Virus record (IMG/VR): IMGVR_UViG_3300027894_000002
Span: 1 to 52,775 of that record
From: a virus
Lineage: Duplodnaviria > Caudoviricetes
Direction: 5' to 3' (one strand)
DNA length: 52,775 nucleotides
Made by a program: the position numbers and the translations under genes. The notes beneath the pieces are model-generated. The model had not been told where the DNA came from. It did not search any database and was given only the letters and a program-made list of their open reading frames with translations. Below, piece by piece: positions 26,986 to 38,300 of this stretch. How positions within the stretch are numbered: the stretch's first letter is position 1; the number at the start of each line of letters is the position of its first letter.

Positions 26986-27591
26986 ATGCAATTGCTTTGG
27001 GACAAATACAGCTGCATTCCCGGCCGCGGCGTTTGCGCCTTCGATCCCTTGACGCTGACCGGGCTGTCGCTCGCCACGACCGCTGTTGCCGGGGCGACGT
27101 CGGCCGCCGGCACGATCGCCGGCGGCAACGCGGCGGCACAAGCCGGTCAGATGAAACAGCAGGCCGACCAATATGCCGCCGACCAGCTGCGCGAAAACGC
27201 CGGCAGCGAGATCGGTGCCGCGCAGCGCAAGATGCTCGACACGCAATTGCGCACCAAGCTGACCAATTCTTCAGTGGAAGCGCGCGCCGCCGGCGGTGGG
27301 GTCAATGCCGCCGAGGGCAGCCCGCTGGCGACCGAGAAAGCCAATGCCGGAACGGGTGCCTACCATTCGCTGATGGATCTGTTCGAGGGCCAGAATCGCG
27401 CGACCGGATCGATCAACCAGGCTCAAGGGTTGGAATACAGCGGCAAGATGGAACGGATCGGCGGCGAAATGGCGCGCAACGCATCCTATCTGACCGCCGC
27501 CGGCACCGTCGCCGGCGCCGGCTCGTCGATGCTCAAGACCTACGGTGCCTATAGATATCCAAATCTATACGGCCGCACGGGTGTCGGCTGA
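26986..27591 (+). CDS. Ejection protein (T7 gp14-like)
   Basis: Ala/Gly/Gln-rich; AAGGGV..GSP; synteny. Confidence 0.75.
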   Translation: MQLLWDKYSCIPGRGVCAFDPLTLTGLSLATTAVAGATSAAGTIAGGNAAAQAGQMKQQADQYAADQLRENAGSEIGAAQRKMLDTQLRTKLTNSSVEARAAGGGVNAAEGSPLATEKANAGTGAYHSLMDLFEGQNRATGSINQAQGLEYSGKMERIGGEMARNASYLTAAGTVAGAGSSMLKTYGAYRYPNLYGRTGVG

Positions 27592-30569
27592 TGGCGAAGC
27601 TGCCAAGCGTTTCCGATCTCGGTCCTGCGCCATCGGTGTCCGGCGACCGGCCGGTTGGCACCTATGACGTTGGCGGCTTTGTCCGCGGCGGCCAGGCGAT
27701 CGCGCAAGGCACGGAAAATCTCGGCAAGGGGCTCGGCGCGCTGGGCGAGGGCGAGGCCGAGCTCGGCATCGACAGGCAGCGCTACGAATACGCCGTCGCG
27801 CATTCCGGCTTTCTGACCGATCATATCGATCTGGAATCCAAGCTGGCGCACGACCAGGACTACGCCACGTTGCAGCCGCGCTACGAGCAGCAGGCCAAGG
27901 ATCTGCAAGAGAAGTGGGCCGGGCAGATTGGCAATCCGGCTCTGCGCGAGCGTTTCATTGCGGCGACCGGGCAGCAGGTCGCGCAGGGTAACGCCAAGAC
28001 CAAAGAGCAGGCCTTCAAGCTCGAGGGCAATACCAACGTCGCCTATGTGCAGAGCCAGGGCGAAAACCTGATCAACAAGACGGTCGCGGACCCGACCAAC
28101 GATCCGCTGATCGACCAGTCGCTGCAAAGCTACGGCGCCATGGTCGACGGTCTGCAGGGCCGCGGCTTTATCACGCCCGAGCAGGCGCTGGCGATGAAAC
28201 AAAACCACGCGCATCAATTCGCGATCGCACATGGCATTGCCCGCAGCGAAGTCGACCCGCAAGGCACGCTCAACGAATTGCGCGCCGCACCCGGCTCGCC
28301 GGAACAGATCGACAACCGCATCATTCAGGTGGAGTCGAACGGCAACCCGCTGGCCAAGTCGAAAACCTCGAGCGCCTTCGGCCTCGGGCAGTTTACCGAC
28401 AAGACGTGGCTCGATCTGATCAAGCAGGTGCACCCGGAACTGGCGCAAGGTCATTCCGATGCCGAGCTGTTGTCGTTGCGCGCCGACAAGAACCTGTCGC
28501 GCGAAATGGTCGCCGCCAACCGCGAACAGAACACGGCCTATCTGAAAGGCCAGGGCCTGCCGGCGACCGCCGGCAATATCTATCTGGCGCATTTCTTAGG
28601 CGCCGCTGACGCCGCCAAGGTGCTGCGCGTCGATCCCAATACGCCGGTTGCCGACATACTCGATCCCAAAGTGATTGCGGCCAATGCCTCGATCCTCGGC
28701 GGCAAGACCGCCGGCACGGTGGCGCAATGGGCCGAAGCCAAGATGGGCGGCGTCGGGCCCGGCGGCGGTCATCTGTATGACATTCTGCGGCCGGATCAGC
28801 GTGCGGTGCTCGAGCAGCATGCCATGGGCGCGCTGCACCAGCAGACCGCCGACACGATTTCGACGTTTCACAATTCCGTGCAGGACGACGTCGCGCAAGC
28901 CAACCGCACGGGCGCTGTCGCCAATCCGAAAGGACCCGAGCAATTCATCGCCGCCTATGGCGCACAAGCCGGTCCGCTCGCTTATAAGAACTATCAGGCC
29001 GATCTGGCCGCCGGCGCTGACCGCACGCGCTTTGCCGGCATGTCGGTCGACGATATCGGCAAGGTGATCAAGGACTATACGCCGGAACCGGGCGCAGGTT
29101 ATGCCGCAGCGTCGAAGCGCCAGGACGACTTGGTGGCCTCGGCGCAGGCCATCCTCAAAGAACGCCATGACGATCCGGCGAGTTTCGCCATCGGTCGGCT
29201 GCCGGTCGTGCAATCGGCCTATCAGAACCTGACGAAGTTGTTGGCTGATCCGACGGCGGCGGCGGAAGCCAAGCAGGCCGCGGCGCGCGACTTCGCCACT
29301 AAGACCGTCATGGAGCAGCAACGTATCGGCATTCCGGCCGACGATCAGCGGCTGCTGCCAAAACCCTATATAGATCAGCTGGCGACCAGCATTGGCAATG
29401 CGGCGGCATCCGAGGATCCGCAGGCGCGCGTCGGTTTGATCGCGCGCATCCAGAGCGAGGCCGCCTTGTGGGGCGACAACTGGCCGGCGGTCATGCGCCA
29501 GCTGGCGCCAAACGTCGCGCCGATCGTGCGGGCGATTGCCGCCGGCGCCGATGTGCCGGCTACGACGCGGCTGTTGTCGCTCGGCAAGGACGAAAACCCG
29601 GGCAAGATTCTCAAGGAGCAGAACGAAACTAAGTTTAAGGATCTAACCACCAGCCTCAACGATACAATGGCACCGTTCCAGCATTCTTTGGTGGGGCGGC
29701 AGTTGGATCGCGATTATCCGGGCTATTACGGCCTAGCCGAGAAACTTGGCGCGCTTTATGTGCGCGATGGTGACAAGCCCGACGTTGCTGCGCAGAAGGC
29801 GTTCAATGCGCTGATTGGAAACCGCTACGACTTCCGCGATACCTTCCGCATTCCGAAAAGTGCCGGCGTTTCGGCTGATGAAGTGCAGCGTGGCACGCTG
29901 GCGGTGCGCGCGATGTTTTCCGGCAGCAAGCAGATCAGCTCGAATTTTGAAGCGGCGACCGCAGACTTAAAGCTGACGCCGCAAGAGCAGGCGCTTTATC
30001 AACGCCACGTTACCAATCTGACCGGCCCGGGCGGCGTGGATAACGCCGATGGCAGCCGGTCGACTCTGTCTCAGATGTCAATCGAACGCGATGGTAAAAC
30101 CTACAATGTGCCGACTGTCTGGGATGGCAAGATATTGCCGCCGGCAGACGCGATGAAGCGCGCCGACCAGGAAGGCCTCGACAAGTTTCCCTCTTACGGC
30201 AGCCAGTCGGAAGCTGAGGCTCGCTACGCGCAAATGCATAGCTACATGGAAAAGGACACCGCTCAATATCTACAGCAGCGCAAGGCCAATCCGTTTGGCG
30301 CCAAGCCGCCGATCGACGACATGCCCGGACGAAGCAATGCGGCGGAAGTCGACATGCGTCTGGTCGGCCGCGATGCGACGTTGGTCACGGCACCCGACAG
30401 CAGCGGACTCAACATGGTCTACAACGACAAATTTGTGCGAGGGGCTGACGGCAACGCGCTGATCCTACCCTGGCAGCAGCTCGCCGGCATCGGCCGCACG
30501 TTTACATCCATGCATCGGGAAGCTCTCGCGCGCCGCGGGATCTCCACGGCTGGAAAGTTCGCGGACTAG
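27591..30569 (+). CDS. Ejection protein with lysozyme-like transglycosylase domain
   Basis: IIQVESNG..SSAFGLGQF..TW; YLAHFLG. Confidence 0.85.
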   Translation: MAKLPSVSDLGPAPSVSGDRPVGTYDVGGFVRGGQAIAQGTENLGKGLGALGEGEAELGIDRQRYEYAVAHSGFLTDHIDLESKLAHDQDYATLQPRYEQQAKDLQEKWAGQIGNPALRERFIAATGQQVAQGNAKTKEQAFKLEGNTNVAYVQSQGENLINKTVADPTNDPLIDQSLQSYGAMVDGLQGRGFITPEQALAMKQNHAHQFAIAHGIARSEVDPQGTLNELRAAPGSPEQIDNRIIQVESNGNPLAKSKTSSAFGLGQFTDKTWLDLIKQVHPELAQGHSDAELLSLRADKNLSREMVAANREQNTAYLKGQGLPATAGNIYLAHFLGAADAAKVLRVDPNTPVADILDPKVIAANASILGGKTAGTVAQWAEAKMGGVGPGGGHLYDILRPDQRAVLEQHAMGALHQQTADTISTFHNSVQDDVAQANRTGAVANPKGPEQFIAAYGAQAGPLAYKNYQADLAAGADRTRFAGMSVDDIGKVIKDYTPEPGAGYAAASKRQDDLVASAQAILKERHDDPASFAIGRLPVVQSAYQNLTKLLADPTAAAEAKQAAARDFATKTVMEQQRIGIPADDQRLLPKPYIDQLATSIGNAAASEDPQARVGLIARIQSEAALWGDNWPAVMRQLAPNVAPIVRAIAAGADVPATTRLLSLGKDENPGKILKEQNETKFKDLTTSLNDTMAPFQHSLVGRQLDRDYPGYYGLAEKLGALYVRDGDKPDVAAQKAFNALIGNRYDFRDTFRIPKSAGVSADEVQRGTLAVRAMFSGSKQISSNFEAATADLKLTPQEQALYQRHVTNLTGPGGVDNADGSRSTLSQMSIERDGKTYNVPTVWDGKILPPADAMKRADQEGLDKFPSYGSQSEAEARYAQMHSYMEKDTAQYLQQRKANPFGAKPPIDDMPGRSNAAEVDMRLVGRDATLVTAPDSSGLNMVYNDKFVRGADGNALILPWQQLAGIGRTFTSMHREALARRGISTAGKFAD

Positions 30570-30571
30570 CG

Positions 30572-32590
30572 ATGGCCGAAGTTTTTTCCCAGCCCGACGA
30601 TCTCGGCGAGATCCGCGCCTCCGAACTGCATTCTTCGCTTGGCGAAAGCCTGAGTGCACAATTCGGCGAAAGCTTTATGTCCGGCGCGCGTACGTTGTTC
30701 CGGGGCGGGCAATATGCTGCCTCGGAAGGCAACGTCACCACGGCGCCCGATGAGTTCGGCGGCATGCGGGTGATCGGCGACAAGCAGGTCGAAGAAATGC
30801 CGATCGACGATGCCGTCGCTCGCGTCAAGCAGGAAGGCCTCGACAAGCACATCAAGCTGCCCGAGCAACCGAGCATTAAAAGGCCGGTGCTCGATTTGAT
30901 GATCGCTCATGGCCATGAGCGCGCCGACTACGAGGCGGCGGTGAGCCGCGGACCTCGTGGTTTCATCCCTGATGCGCTCGGCTTTGCCACCTCGATCGGT
31001 GCCGGCATCATCGATCCGGTCAATATCGCGGCGTTTTCTATTCCGATTATGGGCGAGGCCCGCTTCGGCATGCTGATGGTCAATGCCGGCGAGAGCCTGG
31101 CAGCGCGCGCTGGCATCCGCGCGGCGGTCGGCGCCGGCCAAGGCGCGGTCGGCGGCGCGGCGCTTGTGCCGGGTGACTGGTGGCTGCACACCAAGGACGG
31201 CCAGGATTACACCATGGCCGAAGCGCTGCGTTCCGTGCTGCTGAGCGCTGGGATGGGTGCGGCGTTTCATGCCGGGTTTGGTGGCCTTGGTGACATTCGC
31301 GCGCGCATGACGGGGCGGCCCTTGGAAGGGTCGTCGGAAGACCAACTTACGCAGGCGCTTCTGGCAAATCCGCGTGCGGCCGCTGAAATCAAGGCAGGGG
31401 AAGCGCGGCCTGGTGAAGAGGTGCCGGGAGTTTCGGCGGCGCCGGAAAACGTACCAGTGGTCGCGGCTGAGTCATTGCCGCCTAATCATCCGGCCCACGT
31501 TCTTGCCGACCTGCCGCCGCGTGCGCAGGAAGATGTCGTGCGCTCGGCGATTGCTGACATGACTCAGGACCGCCCGGTGCGGGTTGGGGAAATGTTGCAG
31601 GAAGCCGCCAAGGAGGATCTGCGGATTGCGGAATCGCTCAATGGTGCCGGGCGCCGTGAAAAGGCGCCACAGTCGCTGCTGGAATTTATCGCGGCCAATG
31701 GCGGTATCAGTGAAAAGGACCCGTTGGTCGCCGATTTTCTTCAATCGTTTGGCGGGAAAAACCCGGCGTTGCGTGGGATCGGCAAGCTCGTGCGATCAGA
31801 TGGCAAGAGCCTGGACGCGATGCGTGAAGCTGCGGTCGAGGCCGGCTATCTCCGCGACCCCGCAGCCGAGCGCGGCGATGTGACCGAAAGCACAATCAAC
31901 GACCTGCTTTCAGCGGTCGATAGCGAAGCGCGCGGCCAGCGACAGTATCCGGCTGGACACGAGGGTTTCTTGACGCCTGCCGCGCGGGCGGGGCTCGAAG
32001 AGCACAGCCAACATGCGCGTGCACAATTTCGCCGCGACGCTAACGAGACGATGGATACACTACTCGACGATCGCGAGATCACCGATATGCGCAAGCAACT
32101 CAAGGCGCGCGCGTTCTCGATCATGGAAGCTACCGGCAGTAACGATCCAGAGTCCGCGATCCGCCGCTCGCTCGATGAATTTGGAATGGGGCGGCCTGAG
32201 GATGCCGAACTCTCGGCGGACGCTGCCGTTGCTCGCTCGGAAACTTCCGTGACCATTAATGGCGCGACGCGCCGTGATACACGCCAGCGCGCCAACTGGC
32301 AGCAATTTGAGGACCCGCTTGCGAGTTATGACGATCCCGTGGCGGTAGCGGAATCGAAAGAAGCGGCCGCAACGCCTGAGCCGGCATCAATTGACATTGA
32401 AAAAGCGCCGAGTGCTGCCGAGGCGGCCGCCAAAGATGCCGACAAGCTGCTGGCGGACATCAAAGAAAAACTCTCGGATGAGGAATGGCGCTCGCTCGAA
32501 GACGCGCTGAATTCTGTCGAACAGGATAAGACGGCGCGCGAGCAGATCGCGCGTGACGGCGCGGCATGTTTGGCCGCGGCAATCGCTTAG
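30572..32590 (+). CDS. Ejection/internal virion protein
   Basis: IIDPVN; Gly/Ala hydrophobic stretch; synteny. Confidence 0.75.
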   Translation: MAEVFSQPDDLGEIRASELHSSLGESLSAQFGESFMSGARTLFRGGQYAASEGNVTTAPDEFGGMRVIGDKQVEEMPIDDAVARVKQEGLDKHIKLPEQPSIKRPVLDLMIAHGHERADYEAAVSRGPRGFIPDALGFATSIGAGIIDPVNIAAFSIPIMGEARFGMLMVNAGESLAARAGIRAAVGAGQGAVGGAALVPGDWWLHTKDGQDYTMAEALRSVLLSAGMGAAFHAGFGGLGDIRARMTGRPLEGSSEDQLTQALLANPRAAAEIKAGEARPGEEVPGVSAAPENVPVVAAESLPPNHPAHVLADLPPRAQEDVVRSAIADMTQDRPVRVGEMLQEAAKEDLRIAESLNGAGRREKAPQSLLEFIAANGGISEKDPLVADFLQSFGGKNPALRGIGKLVRSDGKSLDAMREAAVEAGYLRDPAAERGDVTESTINDLLSAVDSEARGQRQYPAGHEGFLTPAARAGLEEHSQHARAQFRRDANETMDTLLDDREITDMRKQLKARAFSIMEATGSNDPESAIRRSLDEFGMGRPEDAELSADAAVARSETSVTINGATRRDTRQRANWQQFEDPLASYDDPVAVAESKEAAATPEPASIDIEKAPSAAEAAAKDADKLLADIKEKLSDEEWRSLEDALNSVEQDKTAREQIARDGAACLAAAIA

Positions 32591-32602
32591 GAACAAATCC
32601 AG

Positions 32603-35338
32603 ATGGCCAGCCGCAAAGACTGCATTGACGACATCGCGAAGAAAACCGGGCGCTCGCGCAAGGATGTCAACGATATCCTCGAGGACATTCTCGACAGCGC
32701 GGACGAGTATCAGCGCGAGGGCCTATCGCCGGACGATGCCTATACCAGGGCGCGCGACGAGAAGTTGAAGCAGATCTACGAGGCCGCCGCAAAAGATCAT
32801 CGCGCGGCGATCATGGATGGCCGTAAGGAAATAATGCGCCATCGTTATTACGATAGCGTGGCCAAGGCGATCGCCAATCTTCCGATAAGCGACAAGCTCA
32901 AGGCCAAGTTTGCTACGCAAGCGGCGCGGTTGGCGCTCGAGGCGAAGCTGGTCGGTGTCAATCTGCCGTTCTTCAAGGGGCGCAATTCGGTCGATGCACA
33001 ATTCATAGCACTGCGCCGGCTTTGGGTCGGCGGCTTTTCGCGTGATCTGGAAGCCGATGGGCTGCTGAAAATCTTTGCCTCGCGCGAGATCGAGGATAAA
33101 TGGGCCGACGAGTTGTTTGAAGTTAATCGCGGCAAAGACGGCAATCCTGGTGTCACCAAGGACGCGCAGGCGCTGGCAATCGCCAAGACCATCCAGAAGT
33201 GGCAGAAATCGTCAATGGCCTCGCTTAACCGCGAGGGCGCCTGGGTGCGCTCCTATTTTGGTTACATAACCCGCAGCTCGCACGATGCCGACGCCATCCG
33301 TGCCGCCGGCCCGGAAAAGTGGGTCGCTGACACCATCGGTAGGATTGATCTCAAGCGTACCTTCGGCAGCATGGATCGCCAGCAAGCGCTCGATGCGCTG
33401 CGCGAAATGTGGACGCCGATGAAGAACGGCGACCATTTCGACTATGGCCGGCCGATCGACGAGCCACTTTATCCGGATATCGCCCGCCGATCGTCGGCGA
33501 CCCGCGAATTGCACTTCAAATCTGGCAAGGATTGGCGCGCCTACAACGAACAATACGGCGTCGGCAATGCCACGCATACTGTGGTGCAGGCGCTGGTGAT
33601 TGGCGCGCGCCGTACGGCGCTGATGAAGGAATTCGGCACGCGGCCGGCTGAGGCGTTTGAGAAAGATATTGCGCACCTCAAGGCCAGTTTGCAGCAGGAA
33701 TCGAAGGCACAAACCTCGCGGTTGTCCGCACTCGAGCAGACGTTGGAATCACCTAATGCCGATGCCGCCGCCAAGGCCAAGATCGAAACCGAGATGGCCG
33801 CGCTGCGTGAGCAGATCAAAGTAAGTTCCGGCAAGTTTGAGGACTTCCAGAGCTGGGAGCAACCGCTGCGCAACCGCTTTGCGCAGATCGACGGGTCCTC
33901 GCAGCGCCCGGTCAACCGCACGCTTTCCAACCTCACGGCCAACTGGATGGCGATCCAGCGCATGTCGAAGCTTGGCCGCGTCGCGCTGACGCACTTTGCC
34001 TCGCTGCCGACCAAGATGATGGAGGCGCGTTATTGGGGCATCCCTTTTGAGGAACGCTTCGGCTCGCTGTTTCGTGGGCTGACGCAAGGGCTGGAAGGTT
34101 CAGCCAAGCGCCAGGCGCTCGATGCCACGCTGGTGGCGTTCGAGAACCGGCTCGGCCACATGATGGCGATGTACGACGTCGCCGATGCGCCGGCCGGCTT
34201 CTTGGCCAAATGGGAAACCACGTTCTTCAAGCTGACCGGCGTCTCGAGCGTGATCGACAACCAGCGCGGCGACGCCGAGGCGATGTTTGCGTCGCACTTA
34301 GGGGCCAAGCGCGATCAGGCCTGGGCCGATATCGGCCGCAAGGAGCAGCGCGTGCTGCAGGGCTTCGGCCTCGGCGAAGCGGAATGGAAAGCGCTGCACG
34401 GCGTCGAGTGGTCGAAATTCGGCGAGCGGACTTATTTAACGCCGTCCGACGCGCTGAAATTATCCGACGACCAGGTCAAGGCCTACCTCAAGGAATCAAA
34501 GACCGAGCTGGTACGCCATGAGCCCAACGCCGACGATATCGCCAAGGCGCGCGAGGATCTGGCGACGCAACTGGCGACCACCTATTCGGACCGTGCCGGC
34601 TTTGCCATTCCGATGCCTTCGGCCCGTATCAGGGCGATGATGTTCGGCAAGAATTTCGAGCCGGGTACCGGCATCAACGCTGCGCTGCGGCTGGTGTATC
34701 AATTCAAGCTGTGGCCGGCCGACATGGTGGTGCGCGCCTGGGGCCGTGAAATGTACGGTACCATCGGCGACGGAAGGCTCGACAAGATGGCGGGCCTGGC
34801 GGAAGCAGCCGTCGGCGCCATCGTGTTCGGCGTCGCATCCGAGCTGGTGCGCGACGCTATCCAGGGCAAGAACTCGCTCGAAGAACTCAAGCACAATCCG
34901 CTCGGCCAGATCATCAAGGGCGGCCAGCGCTCGGGCTTTGGCTCATTGGTTGGCGACTATCTGCTGGGACAGTTTGATCGCCACGGGTTCTCCGCGGTCG
35001 GCTCGCTCGCCGGTCCGACATTCTCGCAAATCGACACGCTGATGGATCTGCTGCACGCCGGCGGCCAGACCAAGGAGGGCGTACTCAGTAAGCCGGCGAT
35101 GCGCCAGCGCGGTGCCGATCTGATCCGGCTGATGCGTGACAACACGCCGTTTATGAATCTGTGGGCGACCTCGCTCGGCATGAACACGCTGGTCTGGCAT
35201 CGCCTGCAGGAGTGGATCAATCCCGGCTATCTGGCGCGTTCCGAGCGTCGCCAGCGCGACCAGCAGGGCACGCAATACTGGCTGTCGCCGTCCAAGACCG
35301 ACGCCTACATCACCGGGCGCCGAGCAAGCCCGTTCTGA
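32603..35338 (+). CDS. Large ejection/internal virion protein
   Basis: 911 aa helical; RELHFKS; QFK; TPFMNLW; INPGYL. Confidence 0.8.
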   Translation: MASRKDCIDDIAKKTGRSRKDVNDILEDILDSADEYQREGLSPDDAYTRARDEKLKQIYEAAAKDHRAAIMDGRKEIMRHRYYDSVAKAIANLPISDKLKAKFATQAARLALEAKLVGVNLPFFKGRNSVDAQFIALRRLWVGGFSRDLEADGLLKIFASREIEDKWADELFEVNRGKDGNPGVTKDAQALAIAKTIQKWQKSSMASLNREGAWVRSYFGYITRSSHDADAIRAAGPEKWVADTIGRIDLKRTFGSMDRQQALDALREMWTPMKNGDHFDYGRPIDEPLYPDIARRSSATRELHFKSGKDWRAYNEQYGVGNATHTVVQALVIGARRTALMKEFGTRPAEAFEKDIAHLKASLQQESKAQTSRLSALEQTLESPNADAAAKAKIETEMAALREQIKVSSGKFEDFQSWEQPLRNRFAQIDGSSQRPVNRTLSNLTANWMAIQRMSKLGRVALTHFASLPTKMMEARYWGIPFEERFGSLFRGLTQGLEGSAKRQALDATLVAFENRLGHMMAMYDVADAPAGFLAKWETTFFKLTGVSSVIDNQRGDAEAMFASHLGAKRDQAWADIGRKEQRVLQGFGLGEAEWKALHGVEWSKFGERTYLTPSDALKLSDDQVKAYLKESKTELVRHEPNADDIAKAREDLATQLATTYSDRAGFAIPMPSARIRAMMFGKNFEPGTGINAALRLVYQFKLWPADMVVRAWGREMYGTIGDGRLDKMAGLAEAAVGAIVFGVASELVRDAIQGKNSLEELKHNPLGQIIKGGQRSGFGSLVGDYLLGQFDRHGFSAVGSLAGPTFSQIDTLMDLLHAGGQTKEGVLSKPAMRQRGADLIRLMRDNTPFMNLWATSLGMNTLVWHRLQEWINPGYLARSERRQRDQQGTQYWLSPSKTDAYITGRRASPF

Positions 35339-35355
35339 AATGAAAGAGACAAACA

Positions 35356-38300
35356 ATGGCTACCACTGACCGCCGTGGCGTCTCGGTCGATGCCACGGAC
35401 AGCCCTATTGCCGGTGATCCGAATCCGGGTTTGGCAATCAAGGTGCCGGTGCGCGTGACGACGACGGCCAACATCGCGCTGTCCGGCCTGCAGACGGTCG
35501 ATAGCGTGGCGCTGGCTGAAGGCGATCGTGTGTTGGTCATCAACCAGACCGACCCAACCACTAACGGTATCTACAATGCGAGCGCGGGCAACTGGACGCG
35601 CACGCTCGACGCCAACAGCAACGACCAATGGACGAACGGGACGCTGGTGTTGGTGCTCGCCGGCTTCAATAATGGAGGGAGAGGCTTCCGGCTGACGTCG
35701 GCCAATCCAATTATCCTCGGTACGAGCAACCTGACATTCACGGATGCTGGGTTTCCAAATCCAGATCGTGCCATCAAGGCGCCGGTGCGCGTGACGACGA
35801 CGGCCAACATCGCGCTGTCCGGCCTGCAGACGGTCGATAGCGTGGCGCTGGCTGAAGGCGATCGTGTGTTGGTCATCAACCAGACCGACCCAACCACTAA
35901 CGGTATCTACAATGCGAGCGCGGGCAACTGGACGCGCACGCTCGACGCCAACAGCAACGACCAATGGACGAACGGGACGCTGGTGTTGGTGCTCGCCGGC
36001 TTCAATAATGGAGGGAGAGGCTTCCGGCTGACGTCGGCCAATCCAATTATCCTCGGTACGAGCAACCTGACATTCACGGATGCTGGGATTGGCGTGATTG
36101 CTTATTTCGACGCTGTTGTGCAGCTTTCCGGCCGCTTCATCGCGCCGATCATTAACATGCTGCGCTTTGGTGGCTACTACGCGGCCGGCGATGGCGGCGC
36201 GCATGACCGGATCCGGGGCCTTGTCTCCGACCCTGACGCGAAGCAAAGTGCGGACGGCTCCTATTGGAAGGTTGCCGATCCAATCGTCGCCATCCGGGCG
36301 ACCGGCGCCAAATGCGACAGCAGCGACGGCAGCGACGGAACGGACAACACGGCGGCGATCAATGCCGCTCTGGCATACGGACGACCTTGTTACGCGCAAG
36401 GCGATGCGCCGCACGGCTATCGCTTCGACAGCACGCTGATCTTGAGCACGCCCGATCAATTGTTCTATGGCGATGGTCGCACTAGGACGCGACTGCTGAC
36501 GTCGACCCTAATGGCAGTCGGCTGTATCAATTTTACCAGCGGTGAAGCCGGACCGCACCTGCGGGATATCGATATCAGGCTCAAGCAACCAGACACCGCC
36601 GTCCGGGCAAATCTGACCGCTTACAATCCGGTGATTTACGCGCGCAGCACGCCGCGTTTCGTGATCGAGCGCGTGCGCGTCTCTGGCGGCATTGACCTGC
36701 TCGATATGAAAGGCAACAGCGGCGGCGCCATCATCGTCGATCTTGAGGATGGTTGCCTCGGTATAGGCGTTGATATCGATGGCAGCCTGGACACGATCTA
36801 TGGCGAGCGCATTCGTTCCTGGACCTACGACCTGACCCTTAATCAGTCGCAGATTTACTATGCGACCGGCAAGGTTGGCATTCGCGCCGGGCGGGTGGAT
36901 GGTCTGTCGCTGGTCAATTGCTTCAATATCGGCAATCTCGGCCTGCATATGTTTACCAGCGCGCCGAGCAGCTACAGCGTCGGCGGCCCGCCAGAGGTGG
37001 AAAATACGCTTGGGGCCTACGACAGCTTCGGCGCTGTCTTGCAGGAGGGTGGCAGCTATCAGCAGGTCGGCGGTTATATTACAGGTGCCGCAGGGACGCT
37101 TTTCGGTCACATCATCGCGGGAGACAATGCCGCCGCCGTTTATACGAATACGCTGATTAACTATGGTGCCTCGTCCGATTCCCCGTTCCTACTCGAGAAT
37201 TGCGCTGGCCCTTCGCTTAGCCTGGACGGCCTCACCATTCAGAACATGGGCGTCGGGTCGTTGATATCGATCAATCCAAACGTGTCGGCTGCCAAAATTG
37301 ACCTGCTGAACAGCTCCATCAATCTGCAAAGTACCGACACGGCGGTTATCACGGCTAGCACGCCAGCGTCCGGCAAAAATACCTTTAATATATCAAATAA
37401 CTTTATCAACAACACGACCAATGCAAGCTTTACCAACCCGATCTTCGGCTTCGCGGCCGGCAATTTAGTGACGGCGATCGGCAACCGCGCCAATCCGATC
37501 GGATCAGGTGCCGGGACGTTTATCAGCATTTCGGCCGATGACTATCATCGGATTGATCCTAGTAATATCGCCCCAGGCTGGTCGAATTCATTCCCGGTCA
37601 ATCCAACCTTGGGGCTTTATCCGACCGTCGCCGTTTTGACGATGGTCAACGGCGGGCAAATTGCCGGCTTCCGCAATCTGCTGATCAATCCGTATGGACG
37701 TTTGAACCAGCGTGCGGCGGCGTCGAATGCCAATAATACTTACGGTCACGATCGCTGGTTGGCGCTGACGCAGACCGGCACGATTGCCGTTTCGACCGTG
37801 AGCGATGCCGAAAATGGCACGCCGCGCATGTGGCGGCTGACGCAAAGCCAGGCGTCTGCGCAGCGCATGGGCTATGCGCAATGGATCGAGGGTTTGAACT
37901 GTAAGCATCTGCGCGGCAAGCAGGTTACGCTGGCCGGTCGCATCAATTTCTCTGTTAATGCCGCAGTGCGCTATGCAATCTGCGAATGGACCGGCACCGA
38001 GGATACGCCAGGCGCGGCGCGCGACATCGTTAATAGCTGGACTAACGCGACTTTCACCGCCGGGCAATTTTTCAAAAGCACGACGTTTAACGTGCTGGCG
38101 GTCGGTTCGATCACGCCAGCGGCTGCGACGCTAACCGATCTTCCCGCAATCACGGCGACGGTCGGCAACAGCGCCAACAATCTTGTGGTATTTATCTGGA
38201 CCGAGGGCGTTGCCGCGCAAAATGCGACGCTCGATGGGGCAACGCAATTGGAAGTCGGGGCTAATGCGAGTCAGCGCGAACATCGACACTTGAGTCTTGA

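Noticed and set aside
35445-36087. Diversity-generating retroelement TR/VR pair, as in BPP-1
   Set aside because: Copies are identical with no adenine-specific mismatches, both are in-frame at the N-terminus, and no reverse transcriptase is present
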